Shown here: one piece after another, positions 1 through 13,364 of the stretch
Layout: each line of letters opens with the position of its first letter
Numbering within the stretch: position 1 is the first letter of the stretch
Origin: Chrysomallon squamiferum
Lineage: Eukaryota; Animalia; Mollusca
Reading direction: 5' to 3'
Length of the DNA stretch: 64,000 nt
Assembly (NCBI GenBank): GCA_012295275.1
Contig: CM022670.1
Coordinates: forward strand, 33,604,001-33,668,000
Made by a program: the position numbers and the translations under genes
The notes under the pieces: generated by a model
What the model was told of the DNA's origin: nothing
The model's input: the letters and a program-made list of their open reading frames with translations, nothing else
Database searches by the model: none

Positions 1-49
1 ATGTATGTATGTATGTATGTATGTATGTATGTATGTATGTATGTATGTA
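1..49. repeat. (ATGT)n tetranucleotide microsatellite, truncated by the window start
   Basis: Perfect ATGT repeats from position 1. Confidence 0.97.
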
Positions 50-339
50 TTTACGTACGTACTGATCAAAAACAAAAGAAAATAACACTTTATAGGTTTT
101 TAAAATCTCTGTGATAATTAGTCGGAACACTTTGACAGAAAAATAACTTGTTAGCTTTGAATCATCGAATAAACAAATCGTCAAGTAGAACGTTTTGTTG
201 TTACGAAAAAAAAATAAAAAAAATACGCCCTGCTAATGACTAAAACCGTGCCTATGTTTGTATGTACACTCATAATGTAAATTCGGGTAAATATGTAATG
301 TGTGACTACGTTAAAGTCAGGGATGTCTGTTTTCTCTTT

Positions 340-960
340 ATTTGAAGAATCACTTCAACGAATGTAAACGCGCGCCAATCTTTGATGATTTCTGGAACAA
401 CCACGCTACCATTTACTGCCGTGGGATTTCAAGACTATCAGCTTGCAGCCTAACTCCCACTCCACCCAGCCCTTCTTTCAGAACTAGCGTGTAGTACCTC
501 AGTTAGTTTCAGCTTTCCGCTCAATTGGAGACACTCGAATAAAAAAAAAAATGTTTTGAATATTTTGTTTGACTGCCGGCGACTGCAAGACACCTCGCGT
601 CACTGGAGACAGGGCCGGGTGTCATTCGCACACGCCCAAATCAAAGCAACCGTCACCCCGTGCCGTGATACCATCTGTGGTCAAAAAGGCGAGATTTACG
701 CTTTCAGGTAGGTAATGAGTGTTCGAAACACCTTTTGTCTGGGCTGTTTGATATGATCTCTGCTTGTTGACGGTTTGCCAAAGGGTTGTAAGGTCACGTT
801 GAAAAAACGCCAGAAATGTGCACCGCGTGTACAAGTCCCGACAGATAAGCGATCACTCTGCACCCGGGAAAGCGCTACCCTAATTATATTCCGCGTGCTC
901 AGGCCAAGTGAGTGGAACGATTAGCTTCGTTTTGTTCGCTCGCGTAGGCGAGAAGGTTCG
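340..960. promoter_or_regulatory. CpG-retaining unique island, candidate regulatory element or promoter
   Basis: Many CpG/CGCG words and TCF-like CTTTGAT (~380) and ATCAAAG (~640). No recognisable protein. Confidence 0.3.
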
Positions 961-1154
961 AAAACACTTAATTAAATAACAGAGATAAACGCTGTTTCTT
1001 TCTTTCCCGTTTTGTTATTTTTACATAACCTTTTTTATGATCACTTAACTCTGCGCTGTCATACGCTGTTCAACAATAAGCTTACTGTTCAAATTTTTCT
1101 CTTATCTTACAAGTATCAGATATTAACCGTTTACCGCAGGCAGTTTGTGTTAGT

Positions 1155-1221
1155 ATATGTGTATGTGTGTGGGTGTGGGTGTATGTATGTATGTATGTAT
1201 GCATGTGTGAATGTATGTGTG

Positions 1222-1253
<32 letters not shown>

Positions 1254-1556
1254 TGTGTATGTATGTATGTTTGTATGTTTGTATGTTTGTATGTTTGTAT
1301 GTATGTATGTGTATGTATGTATGTATGTATGTATGTGTATATGTATGTATGTATGTGTGTATGTGTGTATGTATGTATGTATGTGTGTGTGTGTATGTAT
1401 GTATGTATGTATGTATGTATGTATGTGTGTATATGTATGTATGTTTGTATGTGTGTGTATGTATATATGTATGTATATGTATCTATCTATTTATCTACTA
1501 TTTATCTGTCTATCTGTCTGTCTGTCTATCTGTCTGTCTGTCTCTCTATCTGTATG
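1155..1556. repeat. Compound (TATG)n/(TG)n then (TCTA/TCTG)n microsatellite
   Basis: Directly visible. It explains the three overlapping MYVC/VCMY ORFs at 1012-1606. Confidence 0.96.
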
Positions 1557-3499
1557 ACTGCATAAACGGGTATGTCTTCCAAACAGAAATTACTAGCACG
1601 AATTAGCTTACTGAGACACAGTATCATACTTATTAAGATCATGAAGATCAAAAAAAAAAAATAATAATAATAATAATAAAAGGAAAAAAAAATTAGTTAC
1701 AAAAACCACCCAACAAAAACAACAACAAATACAACCTGCATAAACACCTCAGAATATTAATTTGTAATCTTATTTAGGTTACCCATGTCTGTTATCAAAT
1801 ATCAGAGACGTTACAAGACAGATCAAGCACTGTAGCGAAAACAGTGATTATGAAGAGAAGGAAATGATGCACGGTAAGAGGACTGCCACACATCAGTGAA
1901 AACGTCCTTGCTACATTTGTTTCTTCTTTTTCTAAAATACGTGTTTTTCTTTATTTATTCTTTTAGTTAAATACCGAGAGGTAAATGAATGAACGGTACG
2001 AGGTGGCAATTATGTATTGCTAGTTACAGTTAACTGATTATTTTTTAAATATAACAAGTCTTCGATATAAACTCTTTGTTGTTAATAAAGATAGCAAATT
2101 TATTTACTTCAGCTCAGCATGACAGTAAAGAGTTATACTCGGGGGTAAAAGTGCTGGAGAAAAAATGTGGTTAATAATATACTATCAGACATAATTATCC
2201 ATCAAGCTGTCGCCTTTTTGCATTCAAATAATAATAAAAATCTGTTCATTTCTTTAGATTATTATTTCTCGACAATTTTCCTCGAACGGTGATAGTTACA
2301 GCTGTTAACCTGTTATTAGATCGCAAACAGACCAGAACAACTATCATTTTTATACATGTACTCTTTTTTTTTTTCTTTAGTATATTATTTGATATCCCTA
2401 TTTTTTCTTTCTTTTTCTTTCTTTCTTAAGCTTCTTCTTAGTTTATACGAGGTGGGACAGTGCAACGTCTGGTTTATTCTGTAAAAGTATTCGACGGTCA
2501 CAAGTTTATGATACCACACCATTAGTTGTGACGTGTTTTTTCTTCTACTTCTCTACAGCTCTGTGGCTCGGCTGCTCGTTGTTTCAAAGTTAACACGGCG
2601 GAACATTCTACGACGCCCAGTTCGACTAATCACAGTCTTTGTCCAAAATGATTTTATCGTCTTTTGTTCGCGTCTTTGTGACGCACAACGAGCTCGGATC
2701 ATATATATAATCACATTTTCTCTCGAAGTAGCTATTCATGGCTCTTCAGTCTAGTTAATGGGCATTTTTATCTTTTTTAATTTTTTTTTTTTTTTTTTTA
2801 CCTTTTTTTTTCACTTCTTGTTTCAGGAGTCAATATTTGCTGTCTTCTCCACCCATGAACTAAAATTAGCTTTTTTTTCTTTATATTATTATACTTTTTT
2901 TTTAAAAATCTTTTTATCTTTATTGATATCTGAAATTGAAGCCAAAGCAGAAAAATTAGCATATTAACCACTGAACGTCAGTCGTGGGAAAATTAACTAA
3001 AATGATGTATGGATACAATAAATCACGAATTTATAAAGAAAAGAAGAATAAAAAAAACCCACGAAATTACATAAAACCTGTACTTTGAAAATTGCATTTA
3101 AAAGGACGTAGTGAATCCGTTATTAACATCCAGGTGGCGCTGTGGTAGGTCTGTGTTTGTCTGTAGTTAGATACGATGACTGTTTACACCCAAGAGCTAA
3201 TCAAACTGATATAAGTCAATTTTAACGACTAACTAAAAACACTTGCGTGCTCTAAGCTGGAATATCTTCCGTCCCAGTAAAACGTCTATTATTAGCAAAG
3301 ACCAAGTTATATGTTTTCCTGCCTGTGGGTAAGCACAGTGCTAATGATCACTTATTGCTGATAGAAGAAAAGACCTGTGAAGTGACGACTGTGTATTTCC
3401 TTTCTCATATCACCGTTATGTAGTCAAATACGTGTTTTTTAATATCCATTTATCCTTCATTCGTCCATACATCTCTGTCCATAAATTTATAATAACTGT

Positions 3500-3516
3500 A
3501 CGTGTGTATGTGTGTT

Positions 3517-3558
<42 letters not shown>

Positions 3559-3601
3559 AACATGCACGTAAACATATAAAAACATACACACACACACACT
3601 C

Positions 3602-3642
<41 letters not shown>

Positions 3643-3678
3643 CACACTCATACAGACACTACCTACCTAACTACCTAC

Positions 3679-3725
<47 letters not shown>

Positions 3726-3726
3726 T
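3500..3726. repeat. Compound (TG)/(TA)/(CA) microsatellite
   Basis: Alternating purine-pyrimidine tracts, directly visible. Confidence 0.92.
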
Positions 3727-4397
3727 GTTTGTATACAGAGCCACGCACCTGCCGTTGCAGACAGAGTACAGGTATAAATAGCACCACAACAAACCTGTAA
3801 TCTTGTATTTGACACTCGCTGCATATAATAGTGAATAAACTGATGAACCGATTACACACAAACGAAAAGCTACATTTAATGATTGTACAAGTTTGTCTCT
3901 TTTGTACGACAGATCTCCTGGGCTGGTTTTATTCTCACAGGTATGCATACTTACAACCAGTTTTCAATTCTGTCGAGGATTAGCGACATTGTTAGAGATC
4001 ATTTCATTTCGATAGCGTTTGAAAAGTAGAAGTGCATTTGTATTGCATATATATATATATATTTTTTTTTTTTTTTCTGTTTCTCTCCTCACTTTTTAGG
4101 AAAGAAAGTCGTGTGAAAATAGCTCGCATACTGAGGTTATCACTCGCAGATTTTTGTTCCGCCTTGCAGAGCTTTCCCTTTTTTTTTTTTTTTTTTTTTT
4201 TTTAAAGTTTTTATTTATAGTCCTTTTCGCCTTGAGGTTCAAAGCAAAGTTGAAACTACATAGTATATTTATGAAACTGTCCATGTCTTTATCGCATTAA
4301 TAAATAAAAAAAAATGAAAATTAATTATTTTTTGTATGTACTAGGGTGTGTGTGTTTCTCTGTGTGTGTCTATATTTGTACGCATGTATATATGCAT

Positions 4398-4497
4398 GTG
4401 TGTATGTATGTATGTATGTATGTATGTATGTATGTAGGTAGGTAGGTAGGTAGGTAGGTAGGTAGGTAGGTAGGTAGGTAGGTATGTATATGTATGT
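4398..4497. repeat. (TATG)n-(TAGG)n compound tetranucleotide repeat
   Basis: TATG units switch to TAGG units in phase. Confidence 0.95.
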
Positions 4498-5094
4498 GTT
4501 TTTAAATACGTACTGTACATTTCCTCAAATTTTTAAATGCCGTTTAACCTCTTTCATTATGTTCTGTAATAAAGAAAAAGCAACAACAACAACAATAACA
4601 ACAACAACAACAACAGCAATATCAATAAAAATAATGACTAAACGTTTATCGCACTAGTCGAAAGTGCACAATCATCACATGCTGTTATGAAATCTTAGAT
4701 ACAACGACGATAACAATATCTGAAAAAATAAATAAATAGTAAAAACTCAAATCCCTTTGTCATGATAACCAGGGATCACAAATGTCGCTGACTGTTCTTT
4801 ATTACAGTTGACTTCTATAAATTTTTATCAACTGTACGTCAGTAGGTGCACGCGGTATGGCATAACGCGCCATTTCGAAGGTTAAGTGACACTTGATATA
4901 AATATATATGTTTTAATGTTGAGATCAAAGGAAGATCTGTCTGATAAATTACCTGCGGTTTTACAATGCTCGTGCGGCAGAGATAATCGTGCAGGATTAA
5001 GTGGAATTAAAATTAAATATTGTTTTTGTCATAGCTTTTTGACGTTTCGTGTTTTTTTTTTTTTTTTTTTTTTTAAGGATAAATTTTATTTAGC

Positions 5095-5311
5095 AGTTAC
5101 GGTAATAGATGCAGCAGAAACAGTGGTAATAACAGTAGTGGTGGTGATGGTGGTAGTAGTAGTAGTAATAGCAGCACTAGCAGTAGTAGTAGTATTAGTA
5201 ATAGTAGTAGTGGTAGCAGTGGTAGTAATAGTATCAGTAGTAGTCCCAGTAGTAATAAAATAGATCTAGAAGAATTTAATTATTCCATGGAATATTGTAT
5301 AATATTTATTA

Positions 5312-5358
<47 letters not shown>

Positions 5359-5468
5359 GTTATGGTTATTAATATTATGGTTATTATTACTGTAGTTGTT
5401 GTTGTTAATTAGTATTATTATTATTATAATTATTATCGTTATCGTTATTATTATTATCATCATCATCA

Positions 5469-5529
<61 letters not shown>

Positions 5530-5537
5530 CATCATTA
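5095..5537. repeat. Cryptic (GTA)n domain followed by (ATT)n/(ATC)n
   Basis: Degenerate in-phase trinucleotide repeats. Source of the poly-V, poly-I and poly-N ORFs. Confidence 0.93.
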
Positions 5538-6326
5538 TTTTTTCGATTTTATATTTCAGCTTCTGTTTCAAACAGATGGTTTTCCAATTCCTTTCCTAAT
5601 CCTTTTATCTTAATTGGGTCTTGGATGGCTATTAATATATTTATACAAAAAAATATAAAATAATATCGGCGTTTACAGTTCGATTAAACATCATCTATAA
5701 GATATAAATACTAGAAATCTCGATAGAATATAGTTAAATTAGAATATAACTTTCTAACCTTTCCACATACCAGTAGAATCCAGAATTTTTGAGACAAGTA
5801 AAAAAAAAATCGGAAGGATAAAAGCAACATATTGACATAAACCTGCTGCATATTTTTCAAAGTTGTTTATAAGAACATCAGAATGTGTCGTATAAAGACT
5901 TAAGTACAAAGGTTACTCAGTCTTATTATTACAATTCGAGTTTCTGCATCGTATTCGAGGAAACTAGAAACACGATACATCATGCAAAACACCAATATAG
6001 ATTCGCCTCCACATCGACAAACATCATTAAAGATGTCAGACATGGGCGTATGATGCTCTTTCTGTCTATATATATATATATATATATTCTACTGCAGTAT
6101 TAGCAACATAATGGACGCGGATTACCCAGCCCATGTCTCTAAGACGTTTTGGAATGAAGACGGTAAAGAAAAATAAAAGTGATGATCCATTTAGCACACA
6201 CAGCTCTATTGAATTGAGTTGATTATCATGCTTTGGAATCTAGGCTTATCGTAAATAAAATAATCCGAGAATGAGATTAAATATCACACCGCCGAAATTT
6301 TACTTTGTACCGTAGAGTGCGCCTGA

Positions 6327-7960
6327 AAAATCTTGTTTTCTTGGTTCATTAGGTTCGATGGAAATTCCTTACATATCATGTCCAATAGGTGCACGCGTCG
6401 CTATTGTTACCTTTTTTATTGACTAAGGTGATACAGCATAAATATACAGTGGAATGAAACTTTGATGACGTCCACAGCATCTGTACTCTGTTAACCATCA
6501 GATGGCAAGCAGTAGAATGAGCAGTAACAGCTAATAGCAAGCAGTAGAATGAGCAATAACAGCCAGTAGCAAGCAGTAGAATGAGCAATAACAGCTAGTA
6601 GCAAGCAGTAGAATGAGCAATAACAACTAGTAGCAAGTTAGAATGAGCAATAACAGCCAGTAGCAAGCAGTAGAATGAGCAATAACAACTAGTAGCAAGC
6701 AGTAGAATGAGCAATAACAGCCAGTAGCAAGTTAGAATGAGCAATAACAGCTAGTAGCAAGGAGTAGAATGAGCAATAACAGCTAGTAGCAAGCAGTAGA
6801 ATGAGCAATAACAGCTAGTAGCAAGGAGTAGAATGAGCAATAACAGCCAGTAGCAAGTTAGAATGAGCAATAACAGCTAGTAGCAAGGAGTAGAATGATC
6901 AATAACAGCTAGTAGCAAGGAGTAGAATGAGCAGTAACAGCTAGTAGCAAGGAGTAGAATGAGCAATAACAGCCAGTAGCAAGTTAGAATGAGCAATAAC
7001 AGCTAGTAGTAAGGAGTAGAATGATCAGTAACAGCTAGCAGCAAGCAGTAGAATGAGCAATAAAATCTTGTTTTCTTGGTTCATTAGGTTCGATGGAAAT
7101 TCCTTACATATCATGTCCAATAGGTGAACGCGTCGCTATTGTTACCTTTTTTATTGACTAAGGTGATACAGCATAAATATACAGTGGAATGAAACTTTGA
7201 TGACGTCCACAGCATCTGTACTCTGTTAACCATCAGATGGCAAGCAGTAGAATGAGCAGTAACAGCTAATAGCAAGCAGTAGAATGAGCAATAACAGCTA
7301 GTAGCAAGCAGTAGAATGAGCAATAACAGCTAGTAGCAAGCAGTAGAATGAGCAGTAACAGCTAGTAGCAAGCAGTACAAAGAGCAGTAACAGCTAGTAG
7401 CAAGCAGTAGCATTAGCAATAACAGCCAGTAGCAAGCAGTAGAATGAGCAATAACAACTAGTAGCAAGCAGTAGAATGAGCAATAACAGCTAGTAGCAAG
7501 CAGTAGAATGAGCAGTAACAGCTAGTAGCAAGCAGTACAAAGAGCAGTAACAGCTAGTAGCAAGCAGTAGCATTAGCAATAACAGCCAGTAGCAAGCAGT
7601 AGAATGAGCAATAACAACTAGTAGCAAGCAGTAGAATGAGCAATAACAACTAGTAGCAAGTTAGAATGAGCAATAACAGCCAGTAGCAAGCAGTAGAATG
7701 AGCAATAACAACTAGTAGCAAGCAGTAGAATGAGCAATAACAGCCAGTAGCAAGTTAGAATGAGCAATAACAGCTAGTAGCAAGGAGTAGAATGAGCAAT
7801 AACAGCTAGTAGCAAGGAGTAGAATGAGCAGTAACAGCTAGTAGCAAGGAGTAGAATGAGCAATAACAGCCAGTAGCAAGTTAGAATGAGCAATAACAGC
7901 TAGTAGTAAGGAGTAGAATGATCAGTAACAGCTAGCAGCAAGCAGTAGAATGAGCAATAA
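6327..7960 (+). repeat. Recent tandem duplication of ~180 bp unique DNA plus minisatellite (copies 6327-7062 and ~7062-7960)
   Basis: AAAATCTTGTTTTCTTGGTTC...CCATCAGATGGCAAGC occurs at 6327 and at 7062 (offset 735). I see one substitution (GTGCACGCG vs GTGAACGCG). Both copies end in the same variant unit ATGATCAGTAACAGCTAGCAGCAAGCAGTAGAATGAGCAATAA (ending ~7063 and 7960). Confidence 0.95.
6505..7062. repeat. Minisatellite array 1, unit GCAAGCAGTAGAATGAGCAATAACAGCTAGTA (32 bp; 30-bp variant GCAAGTTAGAATG...)
   Basis: About 17-18 contiguous head-to-tail units with no spacers. Confidence 0.96.
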
Positions 7961-8320
7961 CATCCAGTAGCAAGTTAGAATGAGCAATAACAGCTAGTAG
8001 CAAGTAGTAGAATGAGCAATAACAGCTAGTAGCAAGGAGTAGAATGAGAAGTAACAGCTAGTAGCAAGCAGTAGAATGAGTAATAACAGCCAGTAGTAAG
8101 GAGTGGAATGAGAAATAACAGCTAGTAGCAAGGAGTAGAATGAGAAGTAACAGCTAGTAGCAAGGAGTAGAATGAGTAATAACAGCTAGTAGTAAGGAGT
8201 GGAATGAGAAATAACAGCTAGTAGCAATGAGTAGAATGAGCAGTAACAGCTAATAGCAAGTTAGAATGAGCAATAACAGCTAGTAGCAAGGAGTAGAATG
8301 AGCAGTAACAGCTAGTAGAA
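7240..8320. repeat. Minisatellite array 2, same 32/30-bp unit, with a 160-bp (5-unit) higher-order repeat
   Basis: About 34 units. The variant block beginning CAGTAGAATGAGCAGTAACAGCTAGTAGCAAGCAGTACAA occurs at 7341 and again at 7501. Confidence 0.96.
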
Positions 8321-10060
8321 GCGGTACTAGTAGTAACAGAACCAGTAGCAGTAGTAGTAGTTTCAGCAGCAATAATAATAACAGCTATTATCAGCAACAG
8401 TACTAGTTGCAGTAGTTGTACCTGTAGCAATTGCAGTAACAGCAATAACAACAACGGTACTAGTAACAGCAGCTGCAGGAATAGTAGCAGCTGTAACAGA
8501 GTCGTAGTTAACAGCAGAACCAGAGATATTTTAGTAATTACCAAAAATACTAGCAAAAAGCATAGCATAAACTAAATTAATATTTGAGAACAATTACAGA
8601 GAATCTCTTTTCTTCTGTTTAAATACCAGTAAGTTAAAAACAGTAACATATTTATGCTAACTGTTATGCTGTCAGTGGTAATACATACTGAAAATTATAT
8701 TAACTGGATCGCTATATATTTTATTATTACAGAAAATCACGTTCGTTTGTGAAGCAATATAAATATCTTGTAATGTTCAAGTTCAACTTTATAGTTTATT
8801 GGATCTTATTGTAGTGAAGGGCAATGAAAATCAAGTTTGCTTTGAACGAACCTGGACGATTATTGTACTGTCTGACTTACGACCATTAGATGATATTAAC
8901 AGGTACATTTTCAGAATCGTGGGTGAGTGGCGGTCCTCCCACGGAATGGACATTTCGAGAACAAATTATTATCTTTCGTCTTTGTTTTCGTTAATTCCAT
9001 TTAATCAGATAATCTGGGCAGCTTTGTGTATTTTGGAGGCCATAAATATCCAACGCAGAAAATAACTTGAAAAAAGGCACAAAAAGTAAAAAAAAAAAAA
9101 AAAAAAAAATGTCATGGTGTCACTGGTTAAACAAGTTATCGAATCGAAAATACTTTGTGAAAAAGAACAAGCAAAAAAAAAAATAAAATAATAATTGGAG
9201 AATCATGTATTTGTTATTCCAGTTATTTATAAGATCAAGGTGACTTTGGTAATGGTCAGATCAGCCTACTTTATTTCTCTCTCACTTTGTCTGACTGACT
9301 GTCTGTCTGACTGTCTGTGGTAAATTTCCGTAACTTCACACATAAAACTGAGCGAAAAGTCAGAACTTCACGACCAGATAAAGCAGAAGAACAAGTGCAC
9401 TTTCATCTGCACGTCTAGACACTGCAAAAAATGTACACATACTCACAGATAAGTACAAACTTAAAAGAAAGTTTAAAATGAAAACACCACAATAAATGCG
9501 TTTTGTTTTGCTTCTTTTGTACACTCAAGACATCCAATTTAAATGAAATTACCAAAACATAAAAGGAAACAAATAGTTATAAAACGGTGAATTCGGTATC
9601 ATTCTTGCACTTGTAGTGTTGTAGTCCTCATATGATATATATATATATGCAAGAATCAAAGGAACAAATGTGACGGTGCAGTCTTTCTGTGACATATAGC
9701 AGAGTGACAGCTATGATAGTATTAATGCGTCTTTCCTGATCAGGTTAATATCTGTAGCATCTGAGTAAATCAAATGTTACTGTTAAAAACTCTTATTTAT
9801 TCAGTATGTTAAAATCACTTCGTCATTTTGTGTTCCATGTGATTAAGCACTGCCCCTTTGTTTTGGGGTTTTTTCTGAAACTGGCTTTACTATCTGACGC
9901 TTGTTGTATCCAATATGTTCAAACCATCCTGCTATAATTAATTTATGACCATACATATTGCCAGTGCCAAGTTTCTCACACAAAAAACAGAGGCACACAT
10001 AAAAAATGAAGAAGTGATGAATACCCTCGGTTACTGAGCAACTTTTTCAAATTTGTCTTA

Positions 10061-10240
10061 ATGGCCGAACAGTAACATCGTCCGCCTATGGAGTGCGGGA
10101 GAATGGGTGCCATACGTTCGAATCTCGTCAGCGATATCTGACTTTGTCTTCCTGCGCCAGTGCGTTCCCCAATATTGTCTATGTGTAGAGTCTAATCAGA
10201 TGTACATGTGACAGAAAATTAAAAAAAAACAAAAACATTA
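10061..10240 (+). mobile_element. tRNA-derived SINE copy 1 (decayed)
   Basis: A-box-like TGGCCGAACAG (10062), B-box GTTCGAATC (10116-10124) and an A-rich tail. It aligns with 13365-13530. Confidence 0.75.
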
Positions 10241-11549
10241 AAACAATAATGATTCATCTTATTTTGAACTGCCAGAAGTCTTTGTTGTATAAAATGACTA
10301 GATGTGTACCATTAAATAAAATAGAAAACTTTAAAAAGTTAAGATGGTTACTGAAATATCTCTAGCAAATAATTTAATCCATAAACGACAGCTATTAAAC
10401 AGCTGCTACCATTAAACGACTCTCCTCCATTTTCTAGGAATATTCTTTCTGTTCTCTCCACCCTCAAGCAAGGATTACGATTACGTAAAGAGCTTACATT
10501 ATACACATTTTATGTCTTACGTTTCTCGTATTTCTAACGTTTTATACGACATAAATTAAACGTTTCTTTACTGAAATTACGTCGTATATATAATATATCT
10601 GACCGAGAACAGCAGTCTTAAATCCAAAATAAATTAAAAAGTTGTTTAGTCACTGGAAGCAGATTAATCATATTTAAGTCTACGAAATATTTGTTCACAA
10701 ATTGAAAACGTACATTCTGATACAGACACAATAAATAGACATGTTAGTATGATAATAGTCGCATACCAGCGCTGGCAGATAGTCGTTTTCCCGGCGGTCC
10801 TGCTGGTTTGGGTGTCAGCGACATAGTGAGTGCTGGAAACACGTCGAGAACACGCTGAGAAAAACATTTCATCATTTTCAACAAACTGTCTTATGTCAGT
10901 TTCCAGTTTCGTAATTTTAAACCATACCGGGTTAATTAAGTACATATACTGAAAGGCAAAATAAAGTCCACGCCCGAAATTGCTTGTTCCCGATAATTAA
11001 TATCGAGATTGAGGTCTAGAGGTCAAAAAAAGTGTTTTATTGGAAGATTTGGTGAAGAATATGTCACACCTTTCTGTTCCTTCGTATCAAGGCAAAAGTT
11101 GGATAGATGTCGTGTTTAGGGTTAACTTTTCTTTTTAACAGTATCTTAAATTAAAATACATTAGTTATTGAGCATTAAATGCTATTAGTCTCATTGTATT
11201 GAACTGTCCGCGCTTGTTGACTACCTATATGAGCCACAAGACAAAATTATGAATTGAAATAAAATAACGAAAGTAGGAATTAATTTTTGACATCTCAGTT
11301 CCAGATAATATTAGTGATGTAAAAAGAAATGCCTCGCATAAGGAACTAATCAAGTAAATTATAATAACAGAATTAAAAAAAATATGCTTACATAAGTAAA
11401 AAGGTTATATACATCTTCTACAGGCTATATAAAACCCATAAAATTAATACATATGTAAAGATCCATTTAGTAGATATAAATCTGTTGAAAATAAATCAGT
11501 TATTAACGCTGAAGTATAAGGCTTATAATGCACAAATTATTCACAAAAT

Positions 11550-11668
<119 letters not shown>

Positions 11669-13364
11669 CTTCAAGTCACGTATTTTCCCAGTAAGCTCTG
11701 GAATGATCCGAGTATTCATTTATTATGGTATAGTTTCAGGTTTTAACAGAACAACAACACATCTGACACGCCCACGTGGGTTGTCACATGATCCTCTTCC
11801 TACGAGCTAAGAATCTGAAGTCAGCGTGAAATTACTGGACAGAAAATAGCAAGGAAATGCAATTATCATTTAAAAATATTAATATTAAATTATCTGGTGC
11901 TGAACTAATAATAGATCATGTTTACTTTTAATTATTTCCTTCTGATATTTTTTTTCACATCTGGTGATGACTTTCTTTTGCCTTACAGTATACTGCGGCA
12001 TACCTCATGAAATTCTAGAACTTGACGAAGCCCGCATGAATGATTGCACTGAATGCCCCACGCAAGAATTCTGTTTTAATTAATATCGATAAAAAGGAGT
12101 AACGGGATATTTCATAGCATTCTTGTATGCAAAGTATAGGCCTTAATGGTAAATTTTAACAATTATGTTCTTGGTGTGAAAATAAAAAAATAAATAAATA
12201 ACGCATTTCGGACGAAAGGTTAAACGTTTTATTTAACTGAAGAAAGAAAACCAAATGAATGATAGGAAATACTAGCAGAGGCAAAATAAACTAAGACGAT
12301 AGCCACCCACTGAACTAAAAAATATACTTTTAAATAATTATAGCTGTTGAGTAAATAAAACTGATTTATGGTTCTAGATAGGAACACACACATACTATAT
12401 AATATAATGCTATAGTTATTTTGAGATTCAAACAATGTAAATGGGTAGCTAAAAATGGTATTTCATTTGTGTCTGACGTAAGAGCTGGCGGGTTATTTGA
12501 AGTGGACACGCCTAAAGGAAAACCTGGCATTAATGAAATTTTCCTATTTTCCTGAGCACTATTTCTGAACGTTGCTGGAAAAAGCCTAAAGCGAATGGAA
12601 CGTGATTAGGTAAAGCCAGAATGTTACGACAAAACTGTCACAAAAATGCGTCACCGATGTCTTTATGTTATAACCTGATCATCATTGCTGTCGTCGTCAT
12701 CATCACCATCAAATCGTCATCACTATCATCACATTCGCCATCATCGTATTCATTTATCTGGCACGATGATCATCTATCACCCCGATCATTTTCACATGCA
12801 ATAGTTGCTTCAGAAACCAAAGATTCTCTGATTTTAGGACATAAATATACAGTAATTTGCTTTGTATCTTTTTCTGATTTGCTGTATTTTATTTTGTAAA
12901 GGTTACGTTCTTTACATCAAAGGGAAACTGTAATAACAATAACATTGAAAACTAAATAGATAAACAAAGGAAATTAAACAATAGCAAGTTGTAACGTGCA
13001 TACGGACTAGTACAAACACATACTCTGATTCACACCTACGTGTTAACACATATGGTTACATGTTATGGCAAATCCTACAAATCTTTCTTGAAAAGAACGT
13101 TGGATTTCGATTTTCGATTTTCGATTTTCAATTTTAGTGCCAACAGCCTAATTCTTGAACCTAGTTGTTTAAACCTTATTCTTTGAACCTTAATATTTAT
13201 TTCTTCTTGTTTTAACTTTAGAGTCTAAAAGATTTGGGTTTAAATATTATATTTAGAATTTAGTGTGTGTGCGCGTGTGTATGTGTGTGGTTGTGCCTGC
13301 GTGTGCGCGTTTATGAGTGTGTTTTAAGCCAGGAATTTCATGTACGTATGTTACTGTTGTGTTG

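Noticed and set aside
929-946. TTTTGTTCGCTCGCGT resembling miR-375
   Set aside because: It lacks part of the mature sequence and has no convincing precursor hairpin. I saw no other conserved bilaterian miRNA by eye, but this was not an exhaustive search.
1012-1606. 181/132/131-aa Cys/Met/Val/Tyr-rich ORFs
   Set aside because: Translations of (TATG)n, which has no stop codons in these frames.
4886-5599. Poly-Val/Ile/Leu 'transmembrane' ORFs (also 17215, 20785, 44516, 46707)
   Set aside because: Products of AT-rich trinucleotide repeats.
6376-7323. Two near-identical 70-aa minus-strand ORFs suggesting duplicated genes
   Set aside because: They start inside the minisatellite and are a by-product of the 735-bp duplication. 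No domain is recognisable.
6505-8320. CRISPR-like array of ~32-bp repeats
   Set aside because: The units are contiguous with no unique spacers, there are no cas genes, and the context is eukaryotic. It is a minisatellite.
10061-10135. Possible tRNA gene (also 13365-13437)
   Set aside because: A B-box is present, but I cannot fold a full cloverleaf and homology extends ~90 bp past the tRNA-like part, so it is a SINE head.
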